Positions 49,135 to 62,289 of a stretch of DNA of 64,000 nucleotides are shown here, piece after piece. Source of the DNA: Malacoraja senta (lineage: Eukaryota); the NCBI GenBank assembly GCA_038087875.1, contig CM075979.1, forward strand, positions 58,900,001 to 58,964,000, given 5' to 3'. A program made the position numbers and the translations under genes. The stretch's first letter is position 1; each line of letters begins with the position of its first letter. The notes under the pieces were generated by a model, which saw only the letters and a list, made by a program, of their open reading frames with translations, had not been told where the DNA came from and ran no database searches.

Positions 49135-50290
49135 CTTGCATCTTAATCTTTTGGTTCAGCCTACCATGAGTGATTTTGTGAATTCCTTTACTAAAATCCA
49201 TGTAGACAATATCCCCCGTACTATCCCTCAACGATTATCTTCGTCACACCCTGGGAAAATGTGATCAAGTTAATAAGGCAATACCTGCTGCATACAAAGC
49301 CATGCTGATTAACACATTCTCTTCCAAATTTGAGCAAATCCTATCCCATAAATTTATCTATCTCTGATAGGCCCCCTTACTGGCCTGTAATTCCAGAGAT
49401 TCTCTCTACATTCCTTCTTAAGCCCCTGTCCCACTTTCACAACCTAATTGGCGACCTCTGCCGAGTTTGCATTTGACATACTCGCAGCATGGTCGCCACA
49501 AGGTCTAGGAGGTCTTCGTAACTCTTCCTCATGCTCGTGAGTGGTCTCCGTGTACTCGTGGCCTCAAGTAGGTCGTGGTGTTTTTTCCAGCCTGATAAAA
49601 AATGTCCACGAGTAAAAAATTACACGTCATGGAAAAAATTGATACTTTTTACTCGTAGGTAGGTCGTAGTAGGTTGTGATGGTAGTCGTAGGTAGTCGTA
49701 GGGAGTCGTAGGTCGATAACTGGCCCAAGAAAACAAATGCATCAAGATATCATTTTATCATGTTATCATTTTCCACTCGTAGCGAGTCGTAGTCGGTCTT
49801 AGGTGTGGAAGACTGAGGTTGAGGGGGGTCGTAAGAGGTCGTAGACATAGTCGTAGGAGGTCATAGACATAGTCGTAGGAGGTCGTAGACATAATCGTAG
49901 GAGGTCGTAGGAGGCCTTTTACTTTGGCGAGTCAACACGACCTTGACATTTTTTTCAACTCGTCTAGGGTCTTCTAAACTCGTGGATTAGGTCGTCCAAG
50001 TGGGACAGGCCCTTAAAACAAAGGAACAACATCAGCTATTCTCCAGATCTGAAGAAATGGCTCTTCTAATTGCCGTCTTGAGTTCTTTTCTCCATTCTCT
50101 ATTATTCCAAATGGCCCTTTGTGATTTTGTCTTCTTAAACCCTGCATATACTTCCTTTCTCTTTTTGACCACTTTTACAACCTCTTGAAGGTTATCCAAG
50201 GTACCCTTTTACTATTCCTCCTCCTTACTGGAACATGCTGGTCCTGAACTTTGATCAACTGACCTTTAAGTGACTATCACCTGTCACACG
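49135..50290 (-). mobile_element. Old CR1 ORF2 fragment split by a MITE
   Basis: Antisense YMDFSK motif; VVPLFKKG restored across the MITE. Confidence 0.7.
49421..50013. mobile_element. PIF/Harbinger-like MITE with GTCGTAG-rich internal repeats
   Basis: TIRs AGCCCCTGTCCCAC / GTGGGACAGGCCCT; flanks TTA / TAA; ~22-bp unit GTCGTAGACATAGTCGTAGGAG x3 at ~49838-49905. Confidence 0.8.
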
Positions 50291-50589
50291 ACCTATACAA
50301 ATATATTGCTAAATGTACCCATTTCCTGCATTTGGCCCATATGCCACTAAACTTTTCCTATCCACATATCTGTCCAAATGTAGTGGAAATAGCACCATTC
50401 ATAAGTGTATGGGAGGCATATACCGAGTTAAAGACTTAACATTCCTTTATATGCATACGACCAAATACTTCAACTGAAATTTTCAAATACCAGAGTTACA
50501 ACACTGACTCAATTATCTTTTCATTTTCCAGGTGACAGATGATACTTGAATCACATCTTTCCATCAAGCTCAGTCATGCACTATTTCAA

Positions 50590-50822
50590 CCATTTTGATT
50601 GTTCATTTTACCCTGGAACATCCATTCGGAGTTTACTGGATTTTATTTTGCACTTCGGACTTTATCTTGCAGTATACATTATTCTCTTTACCTTGTATCT
50701 GCACACTGCGAACTGTTGGATTATAATCACACATATTCTTTCTGCTGACTGGATAGCATGCAACAAAAAAGCTTTTCACTGTGCCTCGGTACGAGTGACA
50801 ATATACTAAACTAAACTAAACT
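50590..50822 (+). mobile_element. Rex/Babar-type 3' UTR fragment
   Basis: Ends GCTTTTCACTGTGCCTCGGTACGAGTGACAATATAC + (TAAAC)n; homologous to 43170-43420. Confidence 0.7.
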
Positions 50823-51706
50823 ATTCACCACGTTGGATGAGCTTTTACCAGTCTGCTTCTACTTAGTGGTATCCATTTAAATGAAGTGTGCAGTATGCAT
50901 AATTCATTCCGTCCAGAGCTGTCCGATTCAACCCATATAATTTTCTAATAATAAGTCTCTTTATTCATACAGCCTTTCTTCTCATTTTCTATTCAGCCAA
51001 CAGAGCTAATCAATCGCAAGAAAACCAATGAAACAATTCTTAATTTGTTTAAAACATATTTAAAGCTTATTTACTTAGCCCTTTTCCTTAGATGATAAGC
51101 TATAAAGTACTAATTCACTTCCTGCAAATGTTAATGTTCACTTGCCTTGAAAAATGAACCTTTATCACATTAGTAATTTATTTACTTTTATTCACGTACA
51201 GGATATGAAAATGAGAACAAGACCTGCATTTCATGGCCACCCCTGATCAGTTGGTGATGGGGCACCTTTGCAGTATTTGTGGCAGATGCACACCTGAAGC
51301 TACAAAGTAGGAAATACCAGGATTTTCACCCAGTGATGAAAGATCTGGAAATTAAGGTCATACGGAATAGTAGAAATAGGCCATTCAGCCCATCAAGTCT
51401 ATCCCACCATTCAATCATGGCTGATCTATCTCTCCCTCCTAACCCCATTCTCCTGCCATCTCCCCATAACCTGTCACCCATATTAATCAAGAAGAAATTC
51501 CACATTAAAGTAATGTGTAAGTTGGGAGGCAGTGAAGTGGAAGTAGATGGGGCAGGTGCAGTGGGTCTTGCAGATGGTGATATCACTGTGCACCCCCTGC
51601 TCTCGTCCTTACCGATGAAGAGTAAAGGTTATAATCTTGGGCTGTTGAACATGTCTTGGCAGGTTGGTCCTATGGATGTTGTACAAAGTAGTATCAAGCA
51701 AATATA

Positions 51707-51831
51707 AGAAGGGTCTCGACCCAAAACGTCACCTATACCTGTTCTCCAGAGATGCTGTTTGTCCCGCTGAGTTACTCCAGCTTTTTGTGTCTATCGTCGT
51801 TTTAAACCAGCATCTGCTGTTTCTTCCGACA
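51707..51831 (+). mobile_element. Penelope pLTR/hammerhead insertion
   Basis: AGAAGGGTCTCGACCCAAAACGTCACC...; CAAATATA on both sides. Confidence 0.8.
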
Positions 51832-53019
51832 CAAATATATAACATATTGCTGAGGGAAAGGAAATTTGCACTATAAATTTATGAGCATAACAGAGAAACA
51901 GACTGCACAAAAACATTATTGCAATAAAAGTATTTTATTTGGCCATGTAATGAAAATGGATGAGAAAGAGTATTGCATATTTGCAATTCACAGCATGATT
52001 TATATGGACACCTGGAACTAATAACGTCCCGTGTACTCTGTAATATTTTAAATTAGTTTTATTTTCTCATCCTACAGAAAAGACAGATAAGGTTTTTTTA
52101 AGCTGATGTTTGAATGCATGCAGATATACTATAAACATAATCAATGGTCCATAATCCTAGTTGAGATGGTTTATGGCCATTCTTTTACATGGCCAAAGAT
52201 TATTAGGTTATTAGAATTTAACCTGGAAGGAAATAGGCACGATTATAAGCTCAGTTTATACAAAACCTGTTGATTTGTATCTATTCCAAATGGAGTTTTT
52301 TTTTTTTACCAATTACAGATTGTTATTCAATTTTTACCAATTACAGATTGCTAACTGTTATTCTTTTTTTCTTGGTGGCTATTTTTGGTTTGAATTATTC
52401 ACCTCTCTTTGAGGTAGCGGAAATAATTAGATTTTTTTTTTTTTGAACTTGAGTTAAGTAGGTGAGCGGTATATATGCACAGTTTTGTAAATCTATTTGA
52501 GGAGCTGTTATAGAGGCTATTGGTTTCTCCAGAGGCTACAGTGTTCCTCTGATCTGCTTATCCTATTCCCCACACCGTCATTCAACGTACTGTTTTTTAC
52601 CAGAACCTCAAATCAGGTTACTATAGAACCCCAATATATTTCCTTGAATAACATAATAGAATAACTGAAGCGTATAAAATGTTTAATATTTCAACATGAA
52701 TTTTCAATGGGCAATTTTATTTAACCCAACTTCAAACACATGTAACAAATTATAATATATTGTAAGCCATTTTTTATGCAATATCTTATATCTCACATTT
52801 TGAGTATTTGTATAATTTGAATTGCAACAACCAATTATATGTTTTCAAGGTAATTAAGCTTTATTGTTATTGAAGTAAAAGGACACAAATTGTTGAGCAA
52901 TGAGGATATAACTATGTATGACTAAGAAATGCATTAATTGAAATAAATCTGAAATTGAATGCATTGCCTCAACTCAATCAGGATGTTCATTTGTACTTCA
53001 GTTGAATGAACTCTATCCT

Positions 53020-54310
53020 AAACTTGATTGAGTTTTTGAGGAGGCGACAAAGGTGATCGATGAGGGAGGGGCAATGGATGTTGTCTGCATGAACTTTGGT
53101 AAGGCATTTGACAAGGTGTCTCATGGTAGACTGATCCTGAAGATTAAGATGCATGGGACCCATGGTGACTTGGTATTTTGGCTTCCTCATAGAAGACAGA
53201 GAGTAATGGCGCAAGGGTGTTATTCTAGCTCGAGGCCTGTGACCAGTGATGTTCTGCAGAGATTAGTACTGAGGATTCTCTTGTTTGTAGTATATATAAA
53301 TGATTTGGACAAAAATGTAGATGAGTTGGTGAGTAAAGGGCCTGTCCCACTGCGGGGATCTAATTCGCGAGTTTAGAAGAGTTTGCCCTCGACTCATACT
53401 CACAGCATGGTCGACACGAGGTCCTAGGAGGTCTTTGTAACTCCTTCATGGTCGAGAGTAGTCCCCGCGTACTCGAGGCCTCAGCTAGGTCGCGGCGTTT
53501 TTTTCAACATGCTGACAAATGCGTGTGTGTCTGTGTCTGTGTCTGTGTCTGTGTCTGTGTCTGTGTCTGTGTCTGTGTCTGTCTGTCTTATGGTCGATCC
53601 AGCTCAAGGTTTTTCAGGCGACTGCCCTCGAGCTTGAACGTCCAGACAGTCACTCAAATGTCGCATTAGTGGGACAGGCCCTTTAGTTTGCATATGACAC
53701 AAACATTGGTGGATTTCAGACTTTGAAGAAGGCTGTCAAAGGATACAGCAGGGCAGAGATCGTTTACAGATATGGGTGGGGAAATGCCAGATGGAGTTTA
53801 ATATGGGTAAATGTGAGGTGTTGCACTTCGTGAGGTCAAATGTAAGAGAAAGGTATACAGTTAATGGCAACATTCTCAACAGCATTGATGGATAGAGGGA
53901 CTGGGGTCGAAGCATTTGTTATGCATGCTTTCATCAGACAGGGTATTGAGTATACCATAAGTGTCAGGAAGTCATGTTGCAGTTTTAGAAAACTTAGGTT
54001 AGGCCACGTTTGGAATGTTGTGTGTAGTTTTGGGTCACCACATTACAGGAAGGACAGAAAGCCTTTGAAGAATGTGCAGAAGAGATTAATCGTGATGCTA
54101 TCTGGATTTGGGGAAATTAGCTATTAGGAGAGGTTGCACGTATTTGGATTGTTTTCTGTGGAACACGGTGGCTAAGTAGAGACCTGATAGAAATTTATAA
54201 AATTATGAGGCATACAGTAGATAGGATGGACAGTCAGAATCTATTTCCCAGGGTTGAAGTGTCAATTAATAAAACCTTAGTTTTAAGGTCAGAGCAGGAA
54301 AGTTTAAAGG
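53020..54310 (+). mobile_element. CR1 ORF2 fragment split by a MITE
   Basis: MNFGKAFDKVSHGRL, YINDLD, SK|FA(Y)DT across the insertion. Confidence 0.85.
53337..53682. mobile_element. PIF/Harbinger-like MITE containing a (TGTCTG)n microsatellite
   Basis: Perfect TIRs AGGGCCTGTCCCACT / AGTGGGACAGGCCCT; flanks TAA / TTA; left body homologous to 49480-49605; microsatellite ~53525-53588. Confidence 0.85.
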
Positions 54311-54811
54311 AGTCTTCTGTTTGATTCAAGTTTAATCTGTTGTCCTATTGCACTTATTGTGTGGTAAAAGTTTCCAGTAAATCATGATGGTATTTAGACA
54401 ATACCCTGAAATTTAAAGAGCACAAACTCTTCTGTAAAGGTCAGCTAATGGTTTAATCTATTTGGCTTCTAATTTTTGACTTCTTTATCCAAATTATTCC
54501 TGGTCCTAAACTGCTATTCTGGCCCTTAATATCTTACGCCATGCAGGAGCGTACCCATTAACGTCTATTTTCAAAGCTAGAGCAGGAACCAAATTATTGA
54601 AGAAGATTGCAACAAAAATGAGCAAATGAGCAATTGAGAGAATGGCAGCATTGTGTAAAATGCCAAATAGTGAGTCTTAATGAATTGCCTATATCCCAAC
54701 CTGACTGAAGAACAATGGATGGGATCCCTGTGCTTCTGCAAGATGATGTGCTGTCTAATGTAGCCATTACTGGAGTCCCAAACTAAGCCATGGACAAAAT
54801 CAATCTTTTAA

Positions 54812-55180
54812 GTTTACTCCGAAGATAGACACAAAGTGCTGGAGTAAATCAGCGGGGCAGGCAGAAACCCTGGAGAGAAGGAATGGGTGACGTTTTGGGT
54901 CGAGACCCTTCTTCAGACCCCCATTCTCTAAAGAATGAGGACATCTCGCATGTCCTGGTGTGGAACACCTCATCTTGGGCGCAGATGCGGCATAAATGGA
55001 GGAATTGGGAGTAGGGGATAGAGTCTTTGCAGAAAGCAGGGTGGGAAGATGTGTAGTCAAGATAGTTGTGGGAGTCAGTGGGTTTGTAAAATATGTCAAT
55101 CGATAGTCTATCTCCTGTGATGGAGATGGTGAGATCAAGAAAGGGGGGGGGGAGAGGTGTCAGAAATGGTCCACGTGAAG
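54812..55180 (-). mobile_element. Internally deleted Penelope-like element (RT thumb joined to pLTR)
   Basis: FLDLTISITGDRLSIDIFYKPTDSHNYLDYTSSHP...SSFFREWG directly followed by GTCTGAAGAAGGGTCTCGACCCAAAACGTC. Confidence 0.85.
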
Positions 55181-56419
55181 AAGTTAATGGTCCATGAGTT
55201 CTGCATGGGTGCAGAAGGACCTGCTTCTCCACTGACAAAGCAAAATAGTTGACACTGCAAGCTTGCTACTCATTACTGGCTTCTGTAAGCTTAAATGAAT
55301 CATTACCTTGGTAACTCCATGTAATTGACAAATAGGATTTTCACTCCATTGTCTAGCGTTTTTGCAACATGTTGATATGCATACATTCATTGGGGAATTC
55401 AATTTTCAATAGGATGAATAACAGTAAGATTTATTTTTAGCCAATGAGTCTAGAATAAGAACTCAGGTTTTCAACAAAAAGGCTGGGGGATTTAGATCTG
55501 AGATGAAGAGAAATGTATTTAGAGGAAGCATTGGGAATATTTGGAACTGTCTATGATGGACTTTGATGCTGGTCACTAAGTACATTCAGAACTGATAATT
55601 ATGATATTTTTTGGACTCTCAGCAATCAAAGTACATTTAGATTGGTCATTTGAGTTTGTGGATATGCCATTATCTCACTTATAGACAAGGCAGATTTGGG
55701 GATTGTTGTTATGTAAGAGTAATGAGTGATTTAGAGAATGGTGCTCTACTTAAATACCTGTACAGTTTTTGCGCAAAATGTGAACTGAGGCAGAATTTCT
55801 TTATATTTCTATATGAGCCTACACTGACTCAGTTGAGAATCAAGATTTTGAAAAGATTGATAACTCTGATAAGGGCATTGAAATATCTAACAGATACTCT
55901 TCCTATTTGCTTCTTCAAACAACTTTCCCACTCTCTTTATTAGATATTATTTAAAGTGTTCTTATGTGGCATGGGAATGGTTGGTTCTACCTCTTCCTGA
56001 CAATGTCTCACCTCTGGGACCAGGGGTTTAGGGTATCCCTCATCTTGACAAGTAGCAAGACCAGGGTCATCAAAACTTCATCTCGAAAGTCTTGATAACT
56101 TTATTCAGCTCTTGCATATTAATTTTAAAACTTGCATGTCATCTGCAGAAACTGCATCTCTCCTTCTTAAGAGCTCCAATTTCTGTTCATGAGATGGGTG
56201 TACAATCTATAAGCGATATGGTTAGCATTGCTGTCACATTCATCCTATAACAGTGAAACCCAAGCTCCATGGTCTTATCACCATACCTGCCTCTGGACAT
56301 CGTTTTATAGGTGAAATGTATTTCTGGACCATCATATTGCATACGAAGGGATTCTGAAGGATTTAATTTGCACAGTACTATATTTTTAGCTTTTTGGTTA
56401 GCGATTTTGTGTTAAATTA

Positions 56420-57300
56420 AATTAGATTAAATTAGACTAATGCCAAGTACACCAGAGTACAATTAAATTTCGTGTTCACATGAAGCTCCAATGTAATATC
56501 ATTCTGAAATTATAAATACAACAATTTAACAGTGCAAAATAACAGAATCGTGTAAGATCATAGTGCAATCTGAAGAAATGCAAAAAAATAATAAAATACA
56601 ATAACAGAATAACCAAATAACGAGGAGGTAAGAGTATGTGGCAGCACCTCGGGAAGAGGGTGTGAAAGAAATGATTAGTTCAGGAATTTGATAGCAGTGG
56701 GGAAAAAACTGTTCTTAAGTCTGGATATCTGGGCATTCAAGCTGCTCTATCCACTCAAAAGGTAGAAGAGAGATAAGAGTTAAGATCAGAGCAGTTGCCA
56801 TACCAGGCGGAGATATGTTATCGTGTATCTGTAGAAATTTGAAAAAGTAATTGTGGGCACGCCAAATTTTCTCAGATACCTAAGAAAATAAATATGCTGA
56901 TCTTGTTCCTTGATGATGAAAATAGACCAGTTTAAATTGCTGATGATATGGATGCAAACTAAGATGCATCTCTGCAGTTGTTTTATTGACGAGGACAGTG
57001 TTGTGTTCACCCCCTCACTTTCTTAGGTTAATAACCATTTCTTTCATCTTTTTGACATTAAGGGCTAGGTTGTGTCCTGTTACGATGACACTAGGTTCTC
57101 GACTTCCTGTTCTTGTTGATCTGGCCAACAGCAGTGGTATCATCAGCAAACTTAAAGATCAAGTTGGTGTTGCACTTGACCACACAGTCATAGATGTACA
57201 GGAAGTAGATCAATGGACTGAGCATACAACCCTGAGGGGCACCAGTATTGAGGGTCGGGGTGGAGGACATGACCAATTCTAACTGACTGTAAGTGTAGAC
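56420..57300 (-). mobile_element. Degenerate Rex1/Babar LINE fragment
   Basis: LNTGAPQGCMLSPLIY..YDC..FKFADDTTAVG; IYFLRYLRKFG..SNFYRYTI. Confidence 0.8.
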
Positions 57301-58277
57301 CATTACCAATATACCATTTCAAGTTCATGATCACAGTGACTGGTGGTGCTGGCTCGAAGGGCCGAATGGCCTACTCCTGCACCTATTGTATATTGTCTAT
57401 TGACTGTACTAAAAGAACAGAAACAATTTATTTACATCGATCTCTGTCCCTTAAAAATAGAAAGCAAATCAACTACAGTATAAGCACATACACGACTGTA
57501 AACGTGGCAATGTTTTTCTTACTGTTCATTGCCCATTAAGCAATATTAGGACACTCCTCAAGCAAACTATTGCCGTGTGTTTACACAATTAAATACTGCA
57601 TGTTTATTCAAGAAACATGCCCTTAAAGGTAAACAATGGCCAATAATTCCTTCTTAATAATCATGTTGTTCATTTTACAAGGTAATATTTTTTGCTTATT
57701 CATTGTCAAGGTGCAGGCATTGCTGGCAATGTTAACATGTATTGACCATTTTCTAATTGTCTTGAGGAGGTGGTGGTCAGCCTGAATTTGAAATTTTGTA
57801 ACCCTACATTTTAAGTGCTGTAGTCCTCTTCGTGAATATACTCCCTGCATGTTGGGGAAAAAATAGTTCCTGGATTTCGAATCAGTAACAAAGAAAAAAG
57901 TGATATCTTTCAAAGTCTGTATGATGTGAGATCTCAAAGAGAGCCTGCTTGGGCTTTTGAGGTGGTAAACATCACAGGTACAGGAGGTGCTTCCAGTGTG
58001 ACTTGGGGCAGTGCAGTTTGTGAATGGTACACTTTGCAGACAAGGTGCACTGGCGGTGGAGGTAATGATAGTTTATTTTGATTAATGGGAGCCAAATAAT
58101 CAGGCTGCTATTATGATGTCAAGCTTCATGAGATTGGTAACCCGTCCAGACATGTAGTGAGTTTTCCATAATGCACCTGACAACTTTGTTGGCATGGACA
58201 AGTTGATCCAAAGTGCTTGTTTCCATGTTGCAAATCTTTATGGCTATGACCTGATTCCGACCTAGAAATGTACTATA

Positions 58278-58515
58278 GAGTCAAATAATCATACAGCATG
58301 GAAACAGGCCATTAGACCCAACTTGCCCACACTGACCAACATGCCCCATCTACACTAGTCCCACCTGCCTGCGTTTGGCCTGTATCCCTCTAAACCTACC
58401 CTGTCCATGTATCTGTCCAAATGTTTCTTAAACGTTGCAAGAGCCTCTGCTTCAACTACCTCCTCCGGCAGCTCATTCCAGACACCCACCACCCTTTGTG
58501 TTGAAAAGTTACCCT
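58278..58515 (-). mobile_element. CR1 3' fragment
   Basis: Homologous to 28400-28635. Confidence 0.85.
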
Positions 58516-58527
58516 TCATGAGTAACA

Positions 58528-58746
58528 TTTAAGAAGGAACTGCAGATGCTGGAAAATCGAAGGTAGACAAAAATGCTGGAGAAACTCAGCGGGTGCAGCA
58601 GCATCTATGGAGCAAAGGAAATAGGCAACGTTTCGGGTCGAGACCCTTCTTCAGAGTAGAGAAGGGTCTCGACCCAAAACGTCGCCTATTTCCTTTGCTC
58701 TATAGATGCTGCCTCACCCGCTGAGTTTCTCCAGCATTTTTGTCTA
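58528..58746. mobile_element. Palindromic Penelope pLTR insertion with two opposed hammerhead-like motifs
   Basis: Inverted arms around CTTCAGAGTAGAGAAG; 15-bp TSD CCTTCATGAGYAACA at 58513-58527 / 58747-58761. Confidence 0.88.
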
Positions 58747-59689
58747 CCTTCATGAGCAACAGATAACTGCATTTTGTGACATTGGTACATGGGTATAAGC
58801 TGGAAACAAATATTCTTTAAATCTAAAACCATGTTAATATTGAAAGCTTAAATTTTTCAGAATATAAAAATGATTGTTCTATCTGCTTTTAGGCCATGTG
58901 GGTGTATCTCACACCCTTTTGTTTTTTCTTCAACTCTAATCCTTGTCACTCTCCACCCATATACCAATCACCCACCCTCCCTTCACCTGTATCCACTGAT
59001 CACTTGCCAGACTTTACCTACCCCATCCTCACTTTTCCAGCTTTCTTCCCCCTCCCCCCCTTCTCCATCAGTCTGAAGATATGATGCAACCTGAAATACC
59101 TTCTGTTTATTTCCTCCACGGATGCTGCCTAGCCCGTTGAGTTCTTCCAATACTTTGGGAAGGCTTTGTAAAATATTTAAGTTAGTTACTTCTATGGGGT
59201 TCAGGCTTGAACATAAATACAATGTAAAGATGAATATTTTTAGTTACATTTCTGAGTTAAGGTTGTCCAAATCAAATTAGATTGTAACCCAATAGGATTG
59301 TTCCAAATGTAGTTATTCAATAAAAAATACATTACATTTCTTTGTATGAAATAATCTCAATAGTTAACAATCGCTCAGAATGCCAGCAAGCAGGATTTAT
59401 CCAGTGGTTTAATCATTTTGGACATTATTAAGGAAGAAAATTTGCACACAATAAAATCAGTCAAAATATTGTGAGTTATCTGTGTTGTTTTGGGTTAAAA
59501 CAGAAGGTAAATATTCTAATTCAAATGTCATTGCAATCTGCAAAGCTGATTTGTGTAAACACCATTTTATCGAAATTCTAATCTCAATATAGTCTTAATT
59601 TGATAGCTAGATACCGAAAGTATTTAATGAATGGACAAAGTGTAACCTAATGGAAGAGACTTAGAACATAGCACAGAGAACATTGATCT

Positions 59690-60915
59690 TTGGACATTGA
59701 ACACATAACAGTACACAGAAGGAACAGGCTCTTTAGTCCAGGATGTCTGGACGAACAAGTTAAACTAGTCTCCTCTACCTGCATGCATTGATCTAAAAGC
59801 CTCATACATACCACTATCGTATATCTACTTTCACTACCATTCCTGGAAGCCACCACTCAATGTTAAAAAAAACTTACCCTGCACATTTCCTTTAAAAGTT
59901 TATCCTCTGACATTAATGCTATGCCCTCTGGTCTTCACATTTCCTTCCTAAAAAATCTGACAGTCTACCTGATCTATGCTTCTCATAATTTTATATACTT
60001 CTATCAGATCACCCCTCAACCTCCAACAATCCAGAGAAAACAATCACAGATTGTCCAACCTCTCCTTGCGTTAAGGTTGTCCTCTAATCTAACTGTCCTC
60101 TAATCCAGACAGTATTCTGTAAATCTCATTTGCTCCCTCTCCAAAGCCTACATATCCTTCCGGTAACAGGACAACCAGAAATGTACACTATAATTCCAAA
60201 TGCGGCTTTATCAAAGTTTTATAAAGCAGCAATATGACCTCCTGACTGAAGAAGGGTCTCTACCCAAAACATCACCCATTCCTTCTCTACAGAGATGCTG
60301 CCTGTCCTGCTGAGTTACTCCAGCATTTTGTGTCTACCTATGACGTTCTGACTCTTATACTCAATGCCCTGACCTACTGTACGAAGACAAGCATATCACA
60401 TGCCTTCTTTACCACTATATCTACTTGTGTGCCACTTTCAGGGAGCTATGGATTTGGACCAGAGGATCCCTCTGTCCAAAAATGCTGTCAAGTGATGTGC
60501 CATTAAGTATTTACTTTCTCCATACATATGACCTCCCAAAGTACAACACTTCACAGGGATTAAACTCTAACTGACATTTCTTCTCCATATTTGTAACTGG
60601 TCTAGATCCCATTGGATCCTTGGACAGACTTCTTCACTGTTCACAACTCCACCAATGTTTGTGTCATCTACAAACCTATTAACCAACCCATCTATTTTTA
60701 TGTCTAAGTCACATATATACTACAAACAACAGTGATCCCAGCACAGATCCCTGCGGAGAACTACTGGTCACAGACTTCCAGCCTGAATAACACCCTTCCA
60801 CAACCACCCTCTGTCTTCTATGAGTAAGCCAGTTCTGAACACAAATTGCCAAGTCACCTTGGATCCACTGCATTTTGGTCATTTGGATCAGCCTACATTG
60901 TGTGACTTTATCAAA
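59690..60915 (-). mobile_element. Diverged CR1 3' fragment with a 91-bp Penelope pLTR insertion at 60248-60338
   Basis: PQGSVLGSLLFVVY ORF 60709-60924; insertion flanked by TATGACCTCCTGACT / TATGACGTTCTGACT. Confidence 0.8.
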
Positions 60916-61139
60916 TGAAACCACCTCAGTAACAAGTTTCTACCTGGTATAGCATGCCACCAGCACTTTTGAGCTTCACTAGTGAAGTTTTTGTATACCA
61001 GTTTTAACTGATACTTTTACATAGCAGCCTGTTAATAAAGGGCAGTTGCTGAAAAACTGAGCAAGTATGATCATTTTCAACTTAGCAGGAATGGGGAACT
61101 AGCATAGTTGAAATTGAAATGATTAGTCTACCATCCATG

Positions 61140-62045
61140 TGTAGGAAGGAACTGCAGATGCTGGTTGAAACTAAAGATAGACACAAATACTGGAGTAACT
61201 CAGCAGGACAGGCAGCATTTCTGAAGAGAAGGAATGGGTGATGTTTTGGGTTAAAACCCTTCTTCAAACAACTCAGGGGAAAGGGAAATGAGAGATTTGC
61301 TATTGAGAATCTTGCTATGAGGGAGTGCAGCATAGGTTTACAAGTTTAATTCCCGGGATGGCGGCACAGTCATATGCTGAGAGAATGGAGCGGCTGGGTT
61401 TGTATACTCTGGAGTTTAGAAGGATGAGAGGAGATCTCATTGAAACATATAAGATTGTTAAGGGTTTGGACACGCTAGAGGCAGGAAACACGTTCCCGAT
61501 GTTGGGGGAGTCCAGAACCAGGGGCCACAGTTTAAGAATAAGTAGTAAGCCATTTAGAACGGAGACGAGGAAACACTTTTTCTCACAGAGAGTGGTGAGT
61601 CTGTGGAATTCTCTGCCTCAGAGGGTGGTGGAGGCAGGTTCTCTGGATGCTTTCAAGAGAGAGCTAGATAGGGCTCTTAAAAACAGCGGAGTCAGGGGAT
61701 ATGGGGAGAAGGCAGGAACGGGGTACTGATTGGGGATAATCAGCCATGATCACATTAAATGGCGGTGCTGGCTCGAAGGGCCGAATGGCCCACTCCTGCA
61801 CCTATTGTCTATTGTCTATATAGACAGTGATGTAGAGAATTATAGAATAAATGAATGAAAGATATGCAAAAAAGTAACGATGATAAAGGAAACAAGCCAT
61901 TGTTAGCTTGCAGCTGTCTATATCTCTCGTATCCCTTTCCCCTGACGAGTCCAAAGAAGGGTCTCGACCCGAAACATCACCGATTCATTTTCTCCAGAGA
62001 TGCTGCCTGTCCCGCTGAGTTACCCCAGCATTTTGTGTCAGTCTA
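61140..62045. mobile_element. Inverted Penelope pLTR pair (61140-61325 and ~61820-62045) split by a CR1 fragment
   Basis: Minus-strand pLTR at 61140-61268; plus-strand GAAGGGTCTCGACCCGAAACATC at ~61956. Confidence 0.7.
61325..61820 (+). mobile_element. CR1 3' fragment
   Basis: 134-aa ORF 61325-61729 (CR1 ORF2 C-terminus); tail CTCCTGCACCTATTGTCTATTGTCTA. Confidence 0.92.
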
Positions 62046-62289
62046 TCATCCATGTTCACCTTAATAAAATAAGAAAAATAAGATTTTGATTATAATTTAA
62101 CAATCTCTGCCCTTTATTGCAGTATTGTCACTGAATTATGCATTCTTGATTTGCTTTAGTTGGATATTAATCTGCTGAAAATGTAGAAATATTTCATACT
62201 CCAAAGAAATATCTGTGAATTTAATAATTATTTATTAAAAGAAGAACTGGCCTTCATTTAGATCTTTTCTACTCTGGTTTTTGAGGTTC

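Noticed and set aside
49418-50016. TTAA TSD (piggyBac/Kolobok) reading of the MITE
   Set aside because: A 4-bp TSD leaves an extra base in the host CR1 frame; a 3-bp target restores VVPLFKKG, and the 53337 copy is not TTAA-flanked.
50510-50560. Strong splice acceptor TTTCATTTTCCAG|GTGA
   Set aside because: All three frames stop within six codons and no partner exon was identified.
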